From an uncultured Actinomycetes bacterium (GTDB taxonomy: Bacteria > Actinomycetota > Thermoleophilia > Gaiellales > Gaiellaceae), in NCBI GenBank assembly GCA_963765795.1, contig CAVXXZ010000023.1:8031-72030 (forward strand): 64,000 nt of DNA. The letters are read 5' to 3'. The translations under genes and the position numbers were made by a program. Under the pieces are notes generated by a model. That model was not told the origin of the DNA, did not search any database, and worked only from the letters and a program-made list of their open reading frames with translations. This document shows positions 41,064-50,042 of the stretch, one piece after another. Positions within the stretch are counted from its first letter, which is position 1. Each line of letters opens with the position of its first letter.

Positions 41064-41288
41064 GTTGATTATTCAACGTTCGCAAATTGCGGCATTTTCG
41101 TGTCGCGAGACCCTTGCGGCATGTCCCAAGAGGCCATACATTCCCTCCTGCGCCGAGCACGGCGCGGGAGTAGGACGAAGCAACACCGGGAGGCTGTACG
41201 AGGCGGCCCGCAAGGGCCGAAGCGGAAAGTCAGTCGGGGTTGTGGACGAAACCGCGACCGGCTCGGCGAATTTTTTTTGGTCCGCCCC

Positions 41289-41555
41289 ATGCTGCGGCGC
41301 GCGGATTCCGGCTCGACTACGATCGCCGCGATGCCGCTTCCGCACCCGCCGCGTCCGCCGAGCATCGACCAGGGCGTGATCGCCGTGATCTGGGCGATCG
41401 GCCTGGGCATCTACATCTACTTCGGGCTCCTGGCGGTGGGCGCGAGCGGTGCGACGGCAATCGTGATCGCGCTCGTCTCGTTCGCAGGGATCTGGCTTCT
41501 CGTGCGCCTGCGCGGTGAGGAGCCGGTGCGCCGGCCCCGCCGCCGCCGCTCGTAG
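41289..41555 (+). CDS. Small two-TM membrane protein (hypothetical)
   Basis: Hydrophobic core GVIAVIWAIGLGIYIYFGLLAVGASGATAIVIALVSFAGIWLLV with a basic tail. The start is ATG 41289 or ATG 41331. No clear SD precedes either. Confidence 0.4.
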   Translation: MLRRADSGSTTIAAMPLPHPPRPPSIDQGVIAVIWAIGLGIYIYFGLLAVGASGATAIVIALVSFAGIWLLVRLRGEEPVRRPRRRRS

Positions 41556-41557
41556 AT

Positions 41558-41740
41558 CTAGGCCGCCCGCCGCCCCGAGCTGTGCGGGGCAAGCGCAAAG
41601 ACGAGCTTGCGCGCGAGCTCGTTCCCGAGGCGTTCCTCGAGCCGCTCGCGCGCCTGGACAGCCTGCGGATCGAGGCTTTCCAGGTGTGCAACGAGGAGCC
41701 GTGCCCCCCGCTGAGTCCTCTCCTGGGCTAGGACGTTCAT
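41558..41740 (-). CDS. Hypothetical 60-aa helical protein
   Basis: ATG 41740 is preceded by AGGACCAGG. I recognise no family. It could be non-coding. Confidence 0.3.
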   Translation of the reverse strand: MNVLAQERTQRGARLLVAHLESLDPQAVQARERLEERLGNELARKLVFALAPHSSGRRAA

Positions 41741-41846
41741 CCTGGTCCTGTATATCGGGGGACCTACCCCTTTAGCGTGATCCCTCCCGGCAGGGATCCG
41801 CGGCCGCCTCACTCGTTCGAGGCGGCCGCGAATCGGTTCTTCGCCG

Positions 41847-42458
41847 TCAGTGAGACGGTGTCCGGGTCCGCGTCTGCGCGGTCTCCTCGGTGGGAGTCGC
41901 GGGCGGAGTCGCCGGCGCACGCCTGCCGTTGTAGCGGCGCTCGGCTGCGACGGGCTCGTCCGCCGGGGGCCCGGCTGTGGTGCCTGCGGGGCCGGCATAC
42001 GCCGGCGCTTCCTCGATCTCCGGCGCGGGGACGCCGTCGAGCGAGAGGCCGAGCGTGAGGCCGAGCGCGAACGCCAGGACGCCGTGCCACAGGCCGATCG
42101 AGTGCACGACGCCGAGGATCCCGATCGAGTTGCTCCACGAGTCGAGTCTCCCCTCCTGCCAGCCGTTACCCGGCTGGTTGGCGATCAGGATCCAGCCGAC
42201 GCAGACGAGCACCGGCAGGAACACGAGGGCGAACGTGCCCGGCGACACTCGCAGCCTGAGCCCTTTCGTCCACGTTCCGACGTGGGCCGCCAGGGCGATC
42301 AGGAGCCCGGCGCCGGCGACGATCGCCATCGAGAGCCAGAAGCGTCCGGTCGTCTGCATCCCGACCTGGGTCGCGCCCCAGAGCCCGAGTCCCGCCAGCG
42401 CCGCAGCGAAAGCGAGCGTCAGACCGCGGGATGCGTCGTACAAGCCGTACCTGCGCAT
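41847..42458 (-). CDS. Hypothetical integral membrane protein (about 5 TM) with a Pro/Ala/Thr-rich tail
   Basis: ORF 41847..42545 trimmed to ATG 42458, which follows the SD GAGGTGAAGAGA. It has multiple hydrophobic helices. Confidence 0.5.
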   Translation of the reverse strand: MRRYGLYDASRGLTLAFAAALAGLGLWGATQVGMQTTGRFWLSMAIVAGAGLLIALAAHVGTWTKGLRLRVSPGTFALVFLPVLVCVGWILIANQPGNGWQEGRLDSWSNSIGILGVVHSIGLWHGVLAFALGLTLGLSLDGVPAPEIEEAPAYAGPAGTTAGPPADEPVAAERRYNGRRAPATPPATPTEETAQTRTRTPSH

Positions 42459-42531
42459 TCTCTTCACCTCGTTCCGTTGCCCGATGCAAGTGGAACGGTC
42501 GAGTCCCACCTCGGGATGCGCGTACCCCCGA

Positions 42532-43137
42532 TTACTCGAGTGCAAGCCTGCGCGCGTCGAACGAGGACGACCACAGCTCCGCCCGGAACTCGTCGAGCGT
42601 CGCGAGGGCGTCCTCGGCGAACATGTGTTCCACCACCCCGATCTCGCGGTCGTTGTGGAACGGGACGTCGACGTGCGGATGCGAGACGAGGTTCAGGGAC
42701 AGCCGGTGGCAGCTCGGGCAGCGCACGGCGACCCCCACCGTTCCGTCCGTCGCCGTGAGCAGCGTGAACGAGGACGGAAACACCGGACGCGGCTGCTCCT
42801 CCGGATAGCAGAAGAAGCTCCAGGGCCACTCGCCCCGCTTGATGTGGACGGCGGCGAGCTCGCCGAGCTCTGCGCCGACCGGGTCGAGACGAGCGGTCAT
42901 GAGGTTGAGGAACTCCCCCGCGGCGAGCCCGAGCGGCGCCCAGTCGAGCTCCTCGTGCGTCAGGAGGCCGTCGTGCTCGGAGCCGCAGCCGCAGTCGAAC
43001 CGGACGCGGAACACGGCCGGGTGCGCCGCACCGGGGAGCTGCTCGATGCTCCGGAAGGCCGAGAGCAGCACATGCGTCTCGCCCCGTACCGGACAGGCGA
43101 ACGCGTAGCGACCCGTGAGGGGGTCGTACATGGGCAC
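42532..43137 (-). CDS. Hypothetical Cys-rich cytoplasmic protein
   Basis: A 201-aa ORF with Cys pairs (FDCGCGSEHD, RCPSCHR). Its composition is protein-like, unlike the Arg/Pro-rich shadow ORFs. I recognise no family. Confidence 0.5.
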   Translation of the reverse strand: MPMYDPLTGRYAFACPVRGETHVLLSAFRSIEQLPGAAHPAVFRVRFDCGCGSEHDGLLTHEELDWAPLGLAAGEFLNLMTARLDPVGAELGELAAVHIKRGEWPWSFFCYPEEQPRPVFPSSFTLLTATDGTVGVAVRCPSCHRLSLNLVSHPHVDVPFHNDREIGVVEHMFAEDALATLDEFRAELWSSSFDARRLALE

Positions 43138-43163
43138 GTTGTAGAGAACGCCGCCGGACGCGC

Positions 43164-43685
43164 TCAGTAGGTGATCAGCGAGAAGAGGTCGTACTTCTCG
43201 AGTCGCCCGCGGCCGCCGAGGAACGAGAGCTCGATCACGAAGTTGACGCCCACCACGGTGCCCCCGAGCTGCTCCACGAGACCGGCGATCGCCTCCACCG
43301 TCCCGCCGGTCGCCAGCACGTCGTCATGGATGACGACTCGCGCGCCGCGTCCGATCGCGTCGGCCGCGACCTCGAGCGTGTTCTGGCCGTACTCGAGCGC
43401 ATAGGTTGCGGAGACGGTCTCCGGTGGGAGCTTGCCCGGCCGCCGCGCCGCGACGAAGCCGCAGCCGGCCTCGACCGCGATCGCCGGCCCCAGCCAGAAG
43501 CCGCGGGCCTCGGCGCCGAGCACGAGGTCCGCCCCGCGCTCCTTCGTCCAGCCGGCGAGCTCGCCGACCGCCTGCCGCAGCGCCTCGGGGTCTTGCAGCA
43601 GCGGCGAGATGTCCTTGAAGCCGACGCCCGGCTCGGGAAAGTCCGGGACCTCGCGGACGCGCGTCGTGAGATCGATCCCCGCCAC
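43164..43685 (-). CDS. apt: Adenine phosphoribosyltransferase
   Basis: PRPP-binding motif VVIHDDVLATGGT and an Apt-type N-terminus (FPEPGVGFKDISPLL). Confidence 0.9.
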   Translation of the reverse strand: MAGIDLTTRVREVPDFPEPGVGFKDISPLLQDPEALRQAVGELAGWTKERGADLVLGAEARGFWLGPAIAVEAGCGFVAARRPGKLPPETVSATYALEYGQNTLEVAADAIGRGARVVIHDDVLATGGTVEAIAGLVEQLGGTVVGVNFVIELSFLGGRGRLEKYDLFSLITY

Positions 43686-43695
43686 GCGCGCGAGG

Positions 43696-44379
43696 CTACT
43701 CCACCAGGCGCCGCACGTTGCGCCGCAGCAGCAGGTCGGCCAGCTCTTCAGCGCTCTGCGCGAGCTGCTGCAGGTCGCCGAGGGCGGCCTGCCGGCGCTC
43801 GGCGCTCCGCGAGCGCAGGGCCGGACCGATCACCGCCTCGAGCAGGCTGCTCTCGCGGTCGGCTGCGGTGCGGAAGGCGCGCAGGTTCCGCGGGTCGATC
43901 CCGAAGCGCGAGAGCGCCTCGCACGCAGCGGCGATGTCGGCCTCGCTCTCGGCATAGATCCGCTGCCCGTCCTCCATGCGCGACTCGAGCAGCCCGAACT
44001 CCTCGAGCTCGCGCGCCCGCGCGATCGTGATGCCGGCGCGCTCGCAGAGCTCCTCGAGGTCGAGCTCGTCCTCCCCGGCGTCGACCACGCTGCGCCGGCG
44101 CCGGCGCTGCTTGCCCGCGCCCGCTTCGAGCTCTTGCCGGATCACACGCAGCGGCAGGAACTCGTCCCTCTGCAGGCGGAGAATCGTCTCCAGCCGCTCG
44201 ACGTCGTCCTCCGAGAAGAGCCGGTAGCCGCCCTGCGTGCGCCGCGGGTTGAGGAGCCCTTGGTCCTCGAGGTAGCGGATCTTCGAGATCGAGACGTCGG
44301 GGAACTCGTCCTGGAGCCGGTTGCAGACCGTGCCGATCGTGAGGAGCCGGCGGCGCGAGGGGGCTTCGGTCATCGCCAT
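43696..44379 (-). CDS. MerR-family transcriptional regulator (FtsR-like position downstream of the FHA gene)
   Basis: HTH LTIGTVCNRLQDEFPDVSISKIRYLEDQGLLNPRRTQGGYRLF. ORF 43696..44817 trimmed to ATG 44379, which overlaps the FHA gene stop. Confidence 0.8.
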   Translation of the reverse strand: MAMTEAPSRRRLLTIGTVCNRLQDEFPDVSISKIRYLEDQGLLNPRRTQGGYRLFSEDDVERLETILRLQRDEFLPLRVIRQELEAGAGKQRRRRRSVVDAGEDELDLEELCERAGITIARARELEEFGLLESRMEDGQRIYAESEADIAAACEALSRFGIDPRNLRAFRTAADRESSLLEAVIGPALRSRSAERRQAALGDLQQLAQSAEELADLLLRRNVRRLVE

Positions 44380-44840
44380 CAGCGCTGGAGGAAGGTGAGC
44401 CGGTACTTGCCGATCTGGAGCTCGTCGCCGTCCCTGAGATCGGCGTTCTCGACCCGCTCGCGGTTGACGAAGGTGCCGTTCAGGCTGCCCTGGTCCTCGA
44501 GGTGCCAGCGGTCGCCGTCCTTCGTGAAGACGGCGTGCTTGCGCGACACGGTGACGTCGTCGAGGAAGATCGCGCACTCGGGCGAGCGTCCGATCGTCGT
44601 CGGGCCGTCCTCGAGGGCGAACGTCTCGCCCGCCCGCCCGCCGCCCGAGCGGACGATGAGGGCCGCGCCGTGGATGCCGAGATCCTCGATCGGGTCGAGG
44701 CTCTCGGGCACGTCGGGCGCTGCGAACGCCTCGGTCGACTCCCCTTCCTCGGGGACGACGAGCGCCGCGCCGCACTTCGCGCAGAAGTGCGCGGACTCCG
44801 GGTTGTTGTACCCGCACTCAGGGCAGTAGACGTGCGCCAT
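44379..44840 (-). CDS. Zinc-ribbon plus FHA domain protein
   Basis: CPECG..(N11)..CAKCG ribbon, followed by an FHA core (TIGRSPECAIFLDDVTVSRKHA...GSLNGTFVN). Confidence 0.85.
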   Translation of the reverse strand: MAHVYCPECGYNNPESAHFCAKCGAALVVPEEGESTEAFAAPDVPESLDPIEDLGIHGAALIVRSGGGRAGETFALEDGPTTIGRSPECAIFLDDVTVSRKHAVFTKDGDRWHLEDQGSLNGTFVNRERVENADLRDGDELQIGKYRLTFLQR

Positions 44841-45082
44841 CAGGCAGGCGGCGCGGCCTTGCCGGTGAGGATGTCCGTGAGCGAGTCGACGTCCACGGAC
44901 TCGAGGACGCTTCTCCCCTGCGTTTCCTGCAGGCGTGCCACGAGCTCGGCCCGCAGGATGTCGATCTTTCCGTGCAGGAGCCGCCGGCGGTAGGACACCT
45001 CCTGCTCCTCGCGCGTCAGCTCGTCGATGAGCTTCTTGAGGTCCTCGTCGGACAGCGTCGCAAGATCCGGCAGCGGTTCCAT
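44840..45082 (-). CDS. RsiG-like small coiled-coil protein with a single c-di-GMP-binding-type motif
   Basis: LSDEDLKKLIDELTREEQEVSYRRRLLHGKIDILRAEL matches E(x3)S(x2)R(x3)Q(x3)D except for Q->H. I trimmed to ATG 45082 because it follows the SD GGAGAAAGG. The stop overlaps the FHA ATG. Confidence 0.55.
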   Translation of the reverse strand: MEPLPDLATLSDEDLKKLIDELTREEQEVSYRRRLLHGKIDILRAELVARLQETQGRSVLESVDVDSLTDILTGKAAPPA

Positions 45083-45167
45083 CCTGGCCTTTCTCCGTGG
45101 TCGGGGCACCCTCGGCGAGGGTGAAGCTGAACTTTAGCCTTTGCCCTCGGCTGGAGCAAAGAGGCGC

Positions 45168-47687
45168 TCAGGCGCGGGCCGCGGCGGCCTCTCCCTGCTC
45201 GATCTCGTCCACGAGCGCCCGCAGCTCCCGCGCGAGCTCTTCCGAGGCCTCGCGGGTCTCGCCCTCGGCGTAGAGGTGGAGGAGCGGCTCGTCGGGATCC
45301 GGCAGCACCTGCGCCCAGCCGCGCTCGTCGAACAGCTTGATCCCGTCGGTGAGGTCGACGTCGCGGCCTGCGAGGCGCTCGTTCAGCACGCGCATCACGA
45401 GGCCCTTGAGCGCCCACGGGCAGGGCACCTGGTGGTGGACGAGCGTCGGCTCCGGCAGCTCGGCCACGAGCTCCGACAGCGGCCGGTTGACGGGCGCCAG
45501 CAGCTCGAGCAGCTTCGCGAGGCTCGCAACCGCGTCGTAGCCGGGCAGGAACTCGGGGAAGACGTAGCCGCCGCCCACGGCGCCCGCGAAGACGACGCCG
45601 CCCTCGGCCGCGGCGCGCGTCAGCTCCGGCAGCGAGGTCGGAGTCCGCACGACCTCGAGCTGCGAGTCCTCGACGAGCCGCTCGACCTGGCTCGTCACGG
45701 TCACCGGGAAGGCGAGCTTGCCGTGGCGGCCGTTCGAGCCGAGCAGGCGGAGGAAGAGGAGCAGAGCCTGCTCGACCGGCACCTCGTGCGCCTGCTCGTC
45801 GACGAGGTGGAGCCGCTCGGCAGAGCGGTCGAAGACGGCACCAAGATCGGCGCCCACGACCGGCACGAGCCGTTTCGTCTGGCCGATCGAGGCCGCGAGC
45901 CCGGGGGCCGAGTCGGCGTAGTCGGGGCCTTCGCCGGTGAAGGCGTGGGCGGCCACGACCTCCACCCCGAGCGGGCCGAGCACGAGCGGAAGCACGTACG
46001 AGGCGCCGGAGAACCCGTAGTCGACGACGATGCGGAAGCGGCGGTCGCGCACGGCGTCGGCGTCGATCGTCGAGAGCAGCTCTGCCGCGTACGTCTCGCG
46101 CACCCGCGCGGGATACGAGATGTTTCCGACCTCGCCGGCCGCGACGCGACGGAACTCGCCGCGCGTGAAGTGCTTCTCGACCTCCTTCTGCATCGCGGCG
46201 CTCATCTCGACTCCGGGCGGCTCGAAGAACTGGATCCGGATCACCTCGGGGTCGTTCGGGCTGACCCCGACGTGGAACCCGGCGCTGTGCGCCTCCGACT
46301 TCACGAGGTGCCGGGCGACGGCCGCCGGGCTGACGCGGAGATCGGCGACGTGGACGCCCGTCGACGAGACCCCGGAGATCATCGCCCGCTTGATCATCCG
46401 GCAGGCTGCGGCGCCCTCGCGGCTGGCCACCACGCGCGCGCCACGCTTCAGGGCGGTGCCGAACGCGGCGGCGAGCCGGACTGCGACATCCGGCGTCAAG
46501 TCGACGTTCACCATCCCCGCCACCCCGGACTTGCCGAAGACGCGCGTCGTGCCGCGCGACTCCCAGATCAGGCTCTCGTGCAGCGTCGAGCCGGTCTCGA
46601 CCTCCTTGAACGGATAGATCCGGACGCCGGGCAGGATCACGCTCTCGGCGCCGACCGTGACCTCATCGCCGATCGCGGCTCCCTCGTGCACGCGCACGTG
46701 CGCGCGCAGGTCGCAGCTGCGACCGACGATCGCTCCCACGACGTCGGTGCTGCGGCCCACGTAGGTGGACGTGTCGACGATCGAGCGGACGACGCGGCCG
46801 CGCTCGCGGACGGTCACGCTCGACGAGAGCACCGTGTACGGGCCGATGTGCGCGCCGCGCGCGATGCGGCAGTAGTTGCCGAGGTACGCAGGCCCCTCGA
46901 TCGCCTCGAGATCGTCGAGGTCCACCCCGTCCCCCAGCCAGACGTTGCCGCGGATCCGGATCCCTTCGATCTCGAGCCGCACGCTCTCGTCGAGCGCGTC
47001 GAAGTTCGCCTGGCGGTACTGGTCGAGGTTCCCGATGTCCTGCCAGTAGCCGTCGAAGACGTGGCCGTAGATCGGGCGGCCCATCTCGAGCAGCAGGGGG
47101 AAGAGCTCCTTCGAGAAGTCGTACGGCCTGTCCTGCGGGATGTGCTTCAGCACTTCCGGCTCGAGCACGTAGATGCCGGTGTTGATCGTGTCCGAGAAGA
47201 CCTGGCCCCAGGACGGCTTCTCGAGGAAGCGCTCGACGCGGCCGTCCTCGTCGGTGACGACGATCCCGAACTCGAGCGGGTTCTCGACCGACTTGAGCCC
47301 GATCGTCACCGATGCCCCCTTCTCGCGATGCGCCTCGACGAGCCCAGTGAGGTCGACGTCGCAGAGGGCGTCGCCGGAGATGACGAGGAACGTGTCGTCG
47401 AGCCTCCCCGCCGCGCGCTTCACCGAGCCGGCGGTGCCGAGCGGCGACTCCTCCACCGAATAGCCGATCTCGACGCCAAGCGTCTCGCCGCTGCCGAAGT
47501 AGCTGCGGATCGCCTGCGGCAGGAAGGCGACGGTCACGATCACGTCCTCGAAGCCGTGGCGCTTGAGGAGCTCGACGATGTGCTCCATGCACGGCTTGCC
47601 GACGATCGGCACCATCGGCTTGGGCTGGTTCGAGGTCAGGGGCCGCAGCCGCGTGCCCTCTCCCCCGGCCATGACGACGGCCTTCAT
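45168..47687 (-). CDS. Sugar-1-phosphate nucleotidylyltransferase (ManC-like) fused to a PGM/PMM-like domain
   Basis: [18 protein letters not shown], LbH repeats, then a phosphohexomutase-like half. The phosphoserine loop of that half reads GVSPNDP rather than TASHNP. ATG 47687 overlaps the out-of-frame stop of the upstream gene (ATGA). Confidence 0.8.
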   Translation of the reverse strand: MKAVVMAGGEGTRLRPLTSNQPKPMVPIVGKPCMEHIVELLKRHGFEDVIVTVAFLPQAIRSYFGSGETLGVEIGYSVEESPLGTAGSVKRAAGRLDDTFLVISGDALCDVDLTGLVEAHREKGASVTIGLKSVENPLEFGIVVTDEDGRVERFLEKPSWGQVFSDTINTGIYVLEPEVLKHIPQDRPYDFSKELFPLLLEMGRPIYGHVFDGYWQDIGNLDQYRQANFDALDESVRLEIEGIRIRGNVWLGDGVDLDDLEAIEGPAYLGNYCRIARGAHIGPYTVLSSSVTVRERGRVVRSIVDTSTYVGRSTDVVGAIVGRSCDLRAHVRVHEGAAIGDEVTVGAESVILPGVRIYPFKEVETGSTLHESLIWESRGTTRVFGKSGVAGMVNVDLTPDVAVRLAAAFGTALKRGARVVASREGAAACRMIKRAMISGVSSTGVHVADLRVSPAAVARHLVKSEAHSAGFHVGVSPNDPEVIRIQFFEPPGVEMSAAMQKEVEKHFTRGEFRRVAAGEVGNISYPARVRETYAAELLSTIDADAVRDRRFRIVVDYGFSGASYVLPLVLGPLGVEVVAAHAFTGEGPDYADSAPGLAASIGQTKRLVPVVGADLGAVFDRSAERLHLVDEQAHEVPVEQALLLFLRLLGSNGRHGKLAFPVTVTSQVERLVEDSQLEVVRTPTSLPELTRAAAEGGVVFAGAVGGGYVFPEFLPGYDAVASLAKLLELLAPVNRPLSELVAELPEPTLVHHQVPCPWALKGLVMRVLNERLAGRDVDLTDGIKLFDERGWAQVLPDPDEPLLHLYAEGETREASEELARELRALVDEIEQGEAAAARA

Positions 47688-48242
47688 CGCTGTAGTTCTC
47701 TCCGGGCGGTGCGCATGTAGAACACGCCGGCCGACGAACGCGAGCGCGATGCCGGCCCAGAAGAGGTAGAGCGGCCACTTCGTGGCCGGGTCGATGACGA
47801 TGCGGAAGAAGATCGAGGCGTAGAGCACCCAGGTCGCGGCCTTACCGACGGTGTTGACCTCGACCTCGATGCCACGCGGCGCCAGCAGCACGGAGCCGGC
47901 GAGCAGGAGGACGTCGCGCCCGATGATGACGGCGAGGCCCACCCAGGGAAGCCGGTCGTAGACGGCGAGGAGGATCACGGCTGCGTCGATCATCAGCCGG
48001 TCGGCGAGCGGGTCGGCGAGCTGCCCGAAACGCGACTCGACGTGCCAGCGGCGCGCGAGGAAGCCGTCCACCTGGTCGGTGATCGCGGCGATGCCGAAGA
48101 CGATGCCCGCCGGCCAGCTCGAGTTGTGCCCGGCTCGCACCATGAGCACGACGAAGACGGGGATCAGCGCCAGGCGCGCGATGGTGAGCGCGTTCGGGAG
48201 CTGCGCGAGCGGGCTGGGACCGCGACGAGCCTGAGCCTCCAT
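47684..48242 (-). pseudogene. CDP-alcohol phosphatidyltransferase (PgsA / actinobacterial Cls-type), frameshift near the 3' end
   Basis: Motif [27 protein letters not shown]. In the main frame it runs without a stop into the ManC-like gene, giving a 1024-aa ORF. A plausible C-terminus ([16 protein letters not shown]) is in the frame of ORF 47684..47875. The shift is near 47737. Confidence 0.7.
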
Positions 48243-48259
48243 GTGGAAAGGATACGGGC

Positions 48260-49264
48260 GTGCGGAAGTTGCCTCGGATCGCCGGCTTCGTGAACGCGCA
48301 CTGCCACGCGTTCCAGCGGGCGTTGCGCGGGCGCACCGAGGGCGGCGACTTCTGGGCGTGGCGCGACACGATGCTCGCGCTGGCGGAGGGTCAGACGCCC
48401 GAGCGGGTGCGGCGCGACTACGCCGACGTCTACCGCGAGCTGCGCGCCGCCGGCTACACCGCGGTCGGCGAGTTCCACTACCTCGGGCTCGAGGAGGGAC
48501 GTGCGGCGGCCGAGGCGGCTACGGAGGCTGGGGTCGAGCTCGTCCTGCTCCACGTCGCCTACGCCCGCGGCGGGATCGAGCGCTTCCGCCAGGAGTCGGT
48601 CGCCGCGTACCTACGCGAGCTCGAGCAGCTGCGGGACGACGGGATCCGCGTCGGCGTCGCCCCCCACTCCGTCCGTGCATGCCCCCGCGACTGGCTCGAG
48701 GAGCTCGGGCGGTACGCCGCCGAGCACGAGCTGCCGCTGCACGTCCACGCCGACGAGCAGCCGCGCGAGATCGAGGAGTGCCTCGCCGAGCACGGGCTGC
48801 GCCCCATCGAGCTGCTCGACGCGTGCGGCTGTCTCGGCCCGCGCACGACCGTCGTGCACGCGACGCACGCCGACGGGCACGAGCTCGACCTGCTCGCGGC
48901 GGCCGGCGCGCGCGTGTGCGCCTGCCCGACGACGGAGGCGAACCTCGGCGACGGCTTCCTGCCCGTCGAGCGGCTCCTCCACCGCGGCATCGGGCTCTGC
49001 ATCGGCTCGGACTCGAACGTGCGGATCGACCCGCTCGAGGAGCTGCGCGAGCTCGACGGCATCGCGCGGCGCCAGTCGGGCCGGCGTGACGTCTTCGCGG
49101 TGGACGACCTGCTCGCGATCGGCTCCGTGGGCGGCGCGGACGCGCTGGGGCTCGAGTCGTGGCCGGAAGTCGCCGTCGACGTGGACCATCCCCAGCTCGC
49201 GGGAGTCGAGGACTGGCGGAGCGCGCTCGTCGCCGGCTGCTCCGCGGACGTTCTCGTCGCCTGA
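48260..49264 (+). CDS. Metal-dependent amidohydrolase (HutF / guanine-deaminase-like), compact form
   Basis: Metal-site motifs [20 protein letters not shown] and GSDSN. It is shorter (334 aa) than typical family members. Confidence 0.7.
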   Translation: MRKLPRIAGFVNAHCHAFQRALRGRTEGGDFWAWRDTMLALAEGQTPERVRRDYADVYRELRAAGYTAVGEFHYLGLEEGRAAAEAATEAGVELVLLHVAYARGGIERFRQESVAAYLRELEQLRDDGIRVGVAPHSVRACPRDWLEELGRYAAEHELPLHVHADEQPREIEECLAEHGLRPIELLDACGCLGPRTTVVHATHADGHELDLLAAAGARVCACPTTEANLGDGFLPVERLLHRGIGLCIGSDSNVRIDPLEELRELDGIARRQSGRRDVFAVDDLLAIGSVGGADALGLESWPEVAVDVDHPQLAGVEDWRSALVAGCSADVLVA

Positions 49265-49298
49265 AACGTGATCGCGTCGTTCGGCGGATCAGATTGTT

Positions 49299-49330
49299 GG
49301 TTGGCCCCGACGCTAGTGCCGGGGCCAACC
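49299..49330. terminator. 11-bp GC-rich hairpin between convergent genes (possible bidirectional terminator)
   Basis: GGTTGGCCCCG-acgctagtgc-CGGGGCCAACC, read directly from the sequence. There is no clear U-tract. Confidence 0.4.
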
Positions 49331-49351
49331 GGGACGCTCGGGCTACGCGCC

Positions 49352-49752
49352 TTACTTTCGAGGTGGCGGGTTGCCGCCTCCAAAGTTGTTCGGATTCTGC
49401 GGATTGCATGCCGTTCCAGGACTTGGCACGACGCCCTTCAGGCCAAGCTTGACGTCCTGCCCGTAGCTCTGCGTTCGACCACCAGGGCCGTTCGATGAGC
49501 CATCTGGATAGTCGTTCTGCCCCGAGTAACTGCACCACGAATTACCGTTCGACACGCGGGTCTCTGCCTCGGCCAGAGGGCCTTGCAGTTGGCGGCAGCG
49601 GTTCCGCTCCCTTTGAAGGGGTCGACCGGCTGGCCGGCGCCGCAGTTGCCAGTCGACTCACCAGCGAATGCGACGCTCGTACCGAGGCCGGTGATGACGA
49701 CCGCTGCAAATGTGGCAATCGCTAGCAATGCCAGCCTTGAGCTCTTGCGCAT
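49352..49752 (-). pseudogene. Small secreted Gly/Asn/Cys-rich protein, one frameshift
   Basis: SD GGGAGAGGAG, then a signal peptide MRKSSRLALLAIATFAAVVITGLGTSVAFA|GEST. The frame changes near 49575. The rest is ORF 49352..49555 (..SNGNSWCSYSGQNDYPDGSSNGPGG...CNPQNPNNFGGGNPPPRK*). It lies in the lower-GC islet. Confidence 0.45.
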
Positions 49753-50042
49753 GTATTTCTCCTCTCCCGGTTACCGGCGGAGCGTCGTCAACATCGGCCG
49801 CAGCCTCAGCCCTCCCCGCCGCGTTGCGCCTTCCAGCGTCCCACGTGCTACTGAGAGGATCAAGCGCCTACCGAAACATTGACGCTGGCCCGTCGCAGCG
49901 CCTCAGGGTCACTCCGGAACACTGGCACAGCGTGGTGTTCTTTGTGGTCGGAGCTCGTCCTCCATACGCAGGAGCATCAGCCTGTGGCTCCCAAGGCTGA
50001 CTAAAAGCTGACTTGCGACCCTCGGGTGAGCCGGGATCCGAA

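Noticed and set aside
41100-41290. Assignment of the structured element to a known riboswitch class. GGGAGUAG and GAGAC resemble yybP-ykoY (Mn2+), and ACGGCGCGGGA...CCGGGAGG resembles the ykkC 3' half.
   Set aside because: The yybP-ykoY-like fragments occur in the wrong 5'-3' order. The ykkC 5' half (GGGUUCCG / GGUCCGAGAG) is absent. The downstream two-TM ORF is not a typical MntP/TerC or SugE target. I left the element unclassified.
41025-41300. A chromosomal replication origin (oriC), suggested by a perfect TTATCCACA box plus an AT-rich stretch.
   Set aside because: There are only two or three box-like 9-mers, no dnaA/dnaN/rpmH/parAB context, and the flanking genes are sigA and small ORFs. 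A regulatory or titration site is more plausible than an origin.
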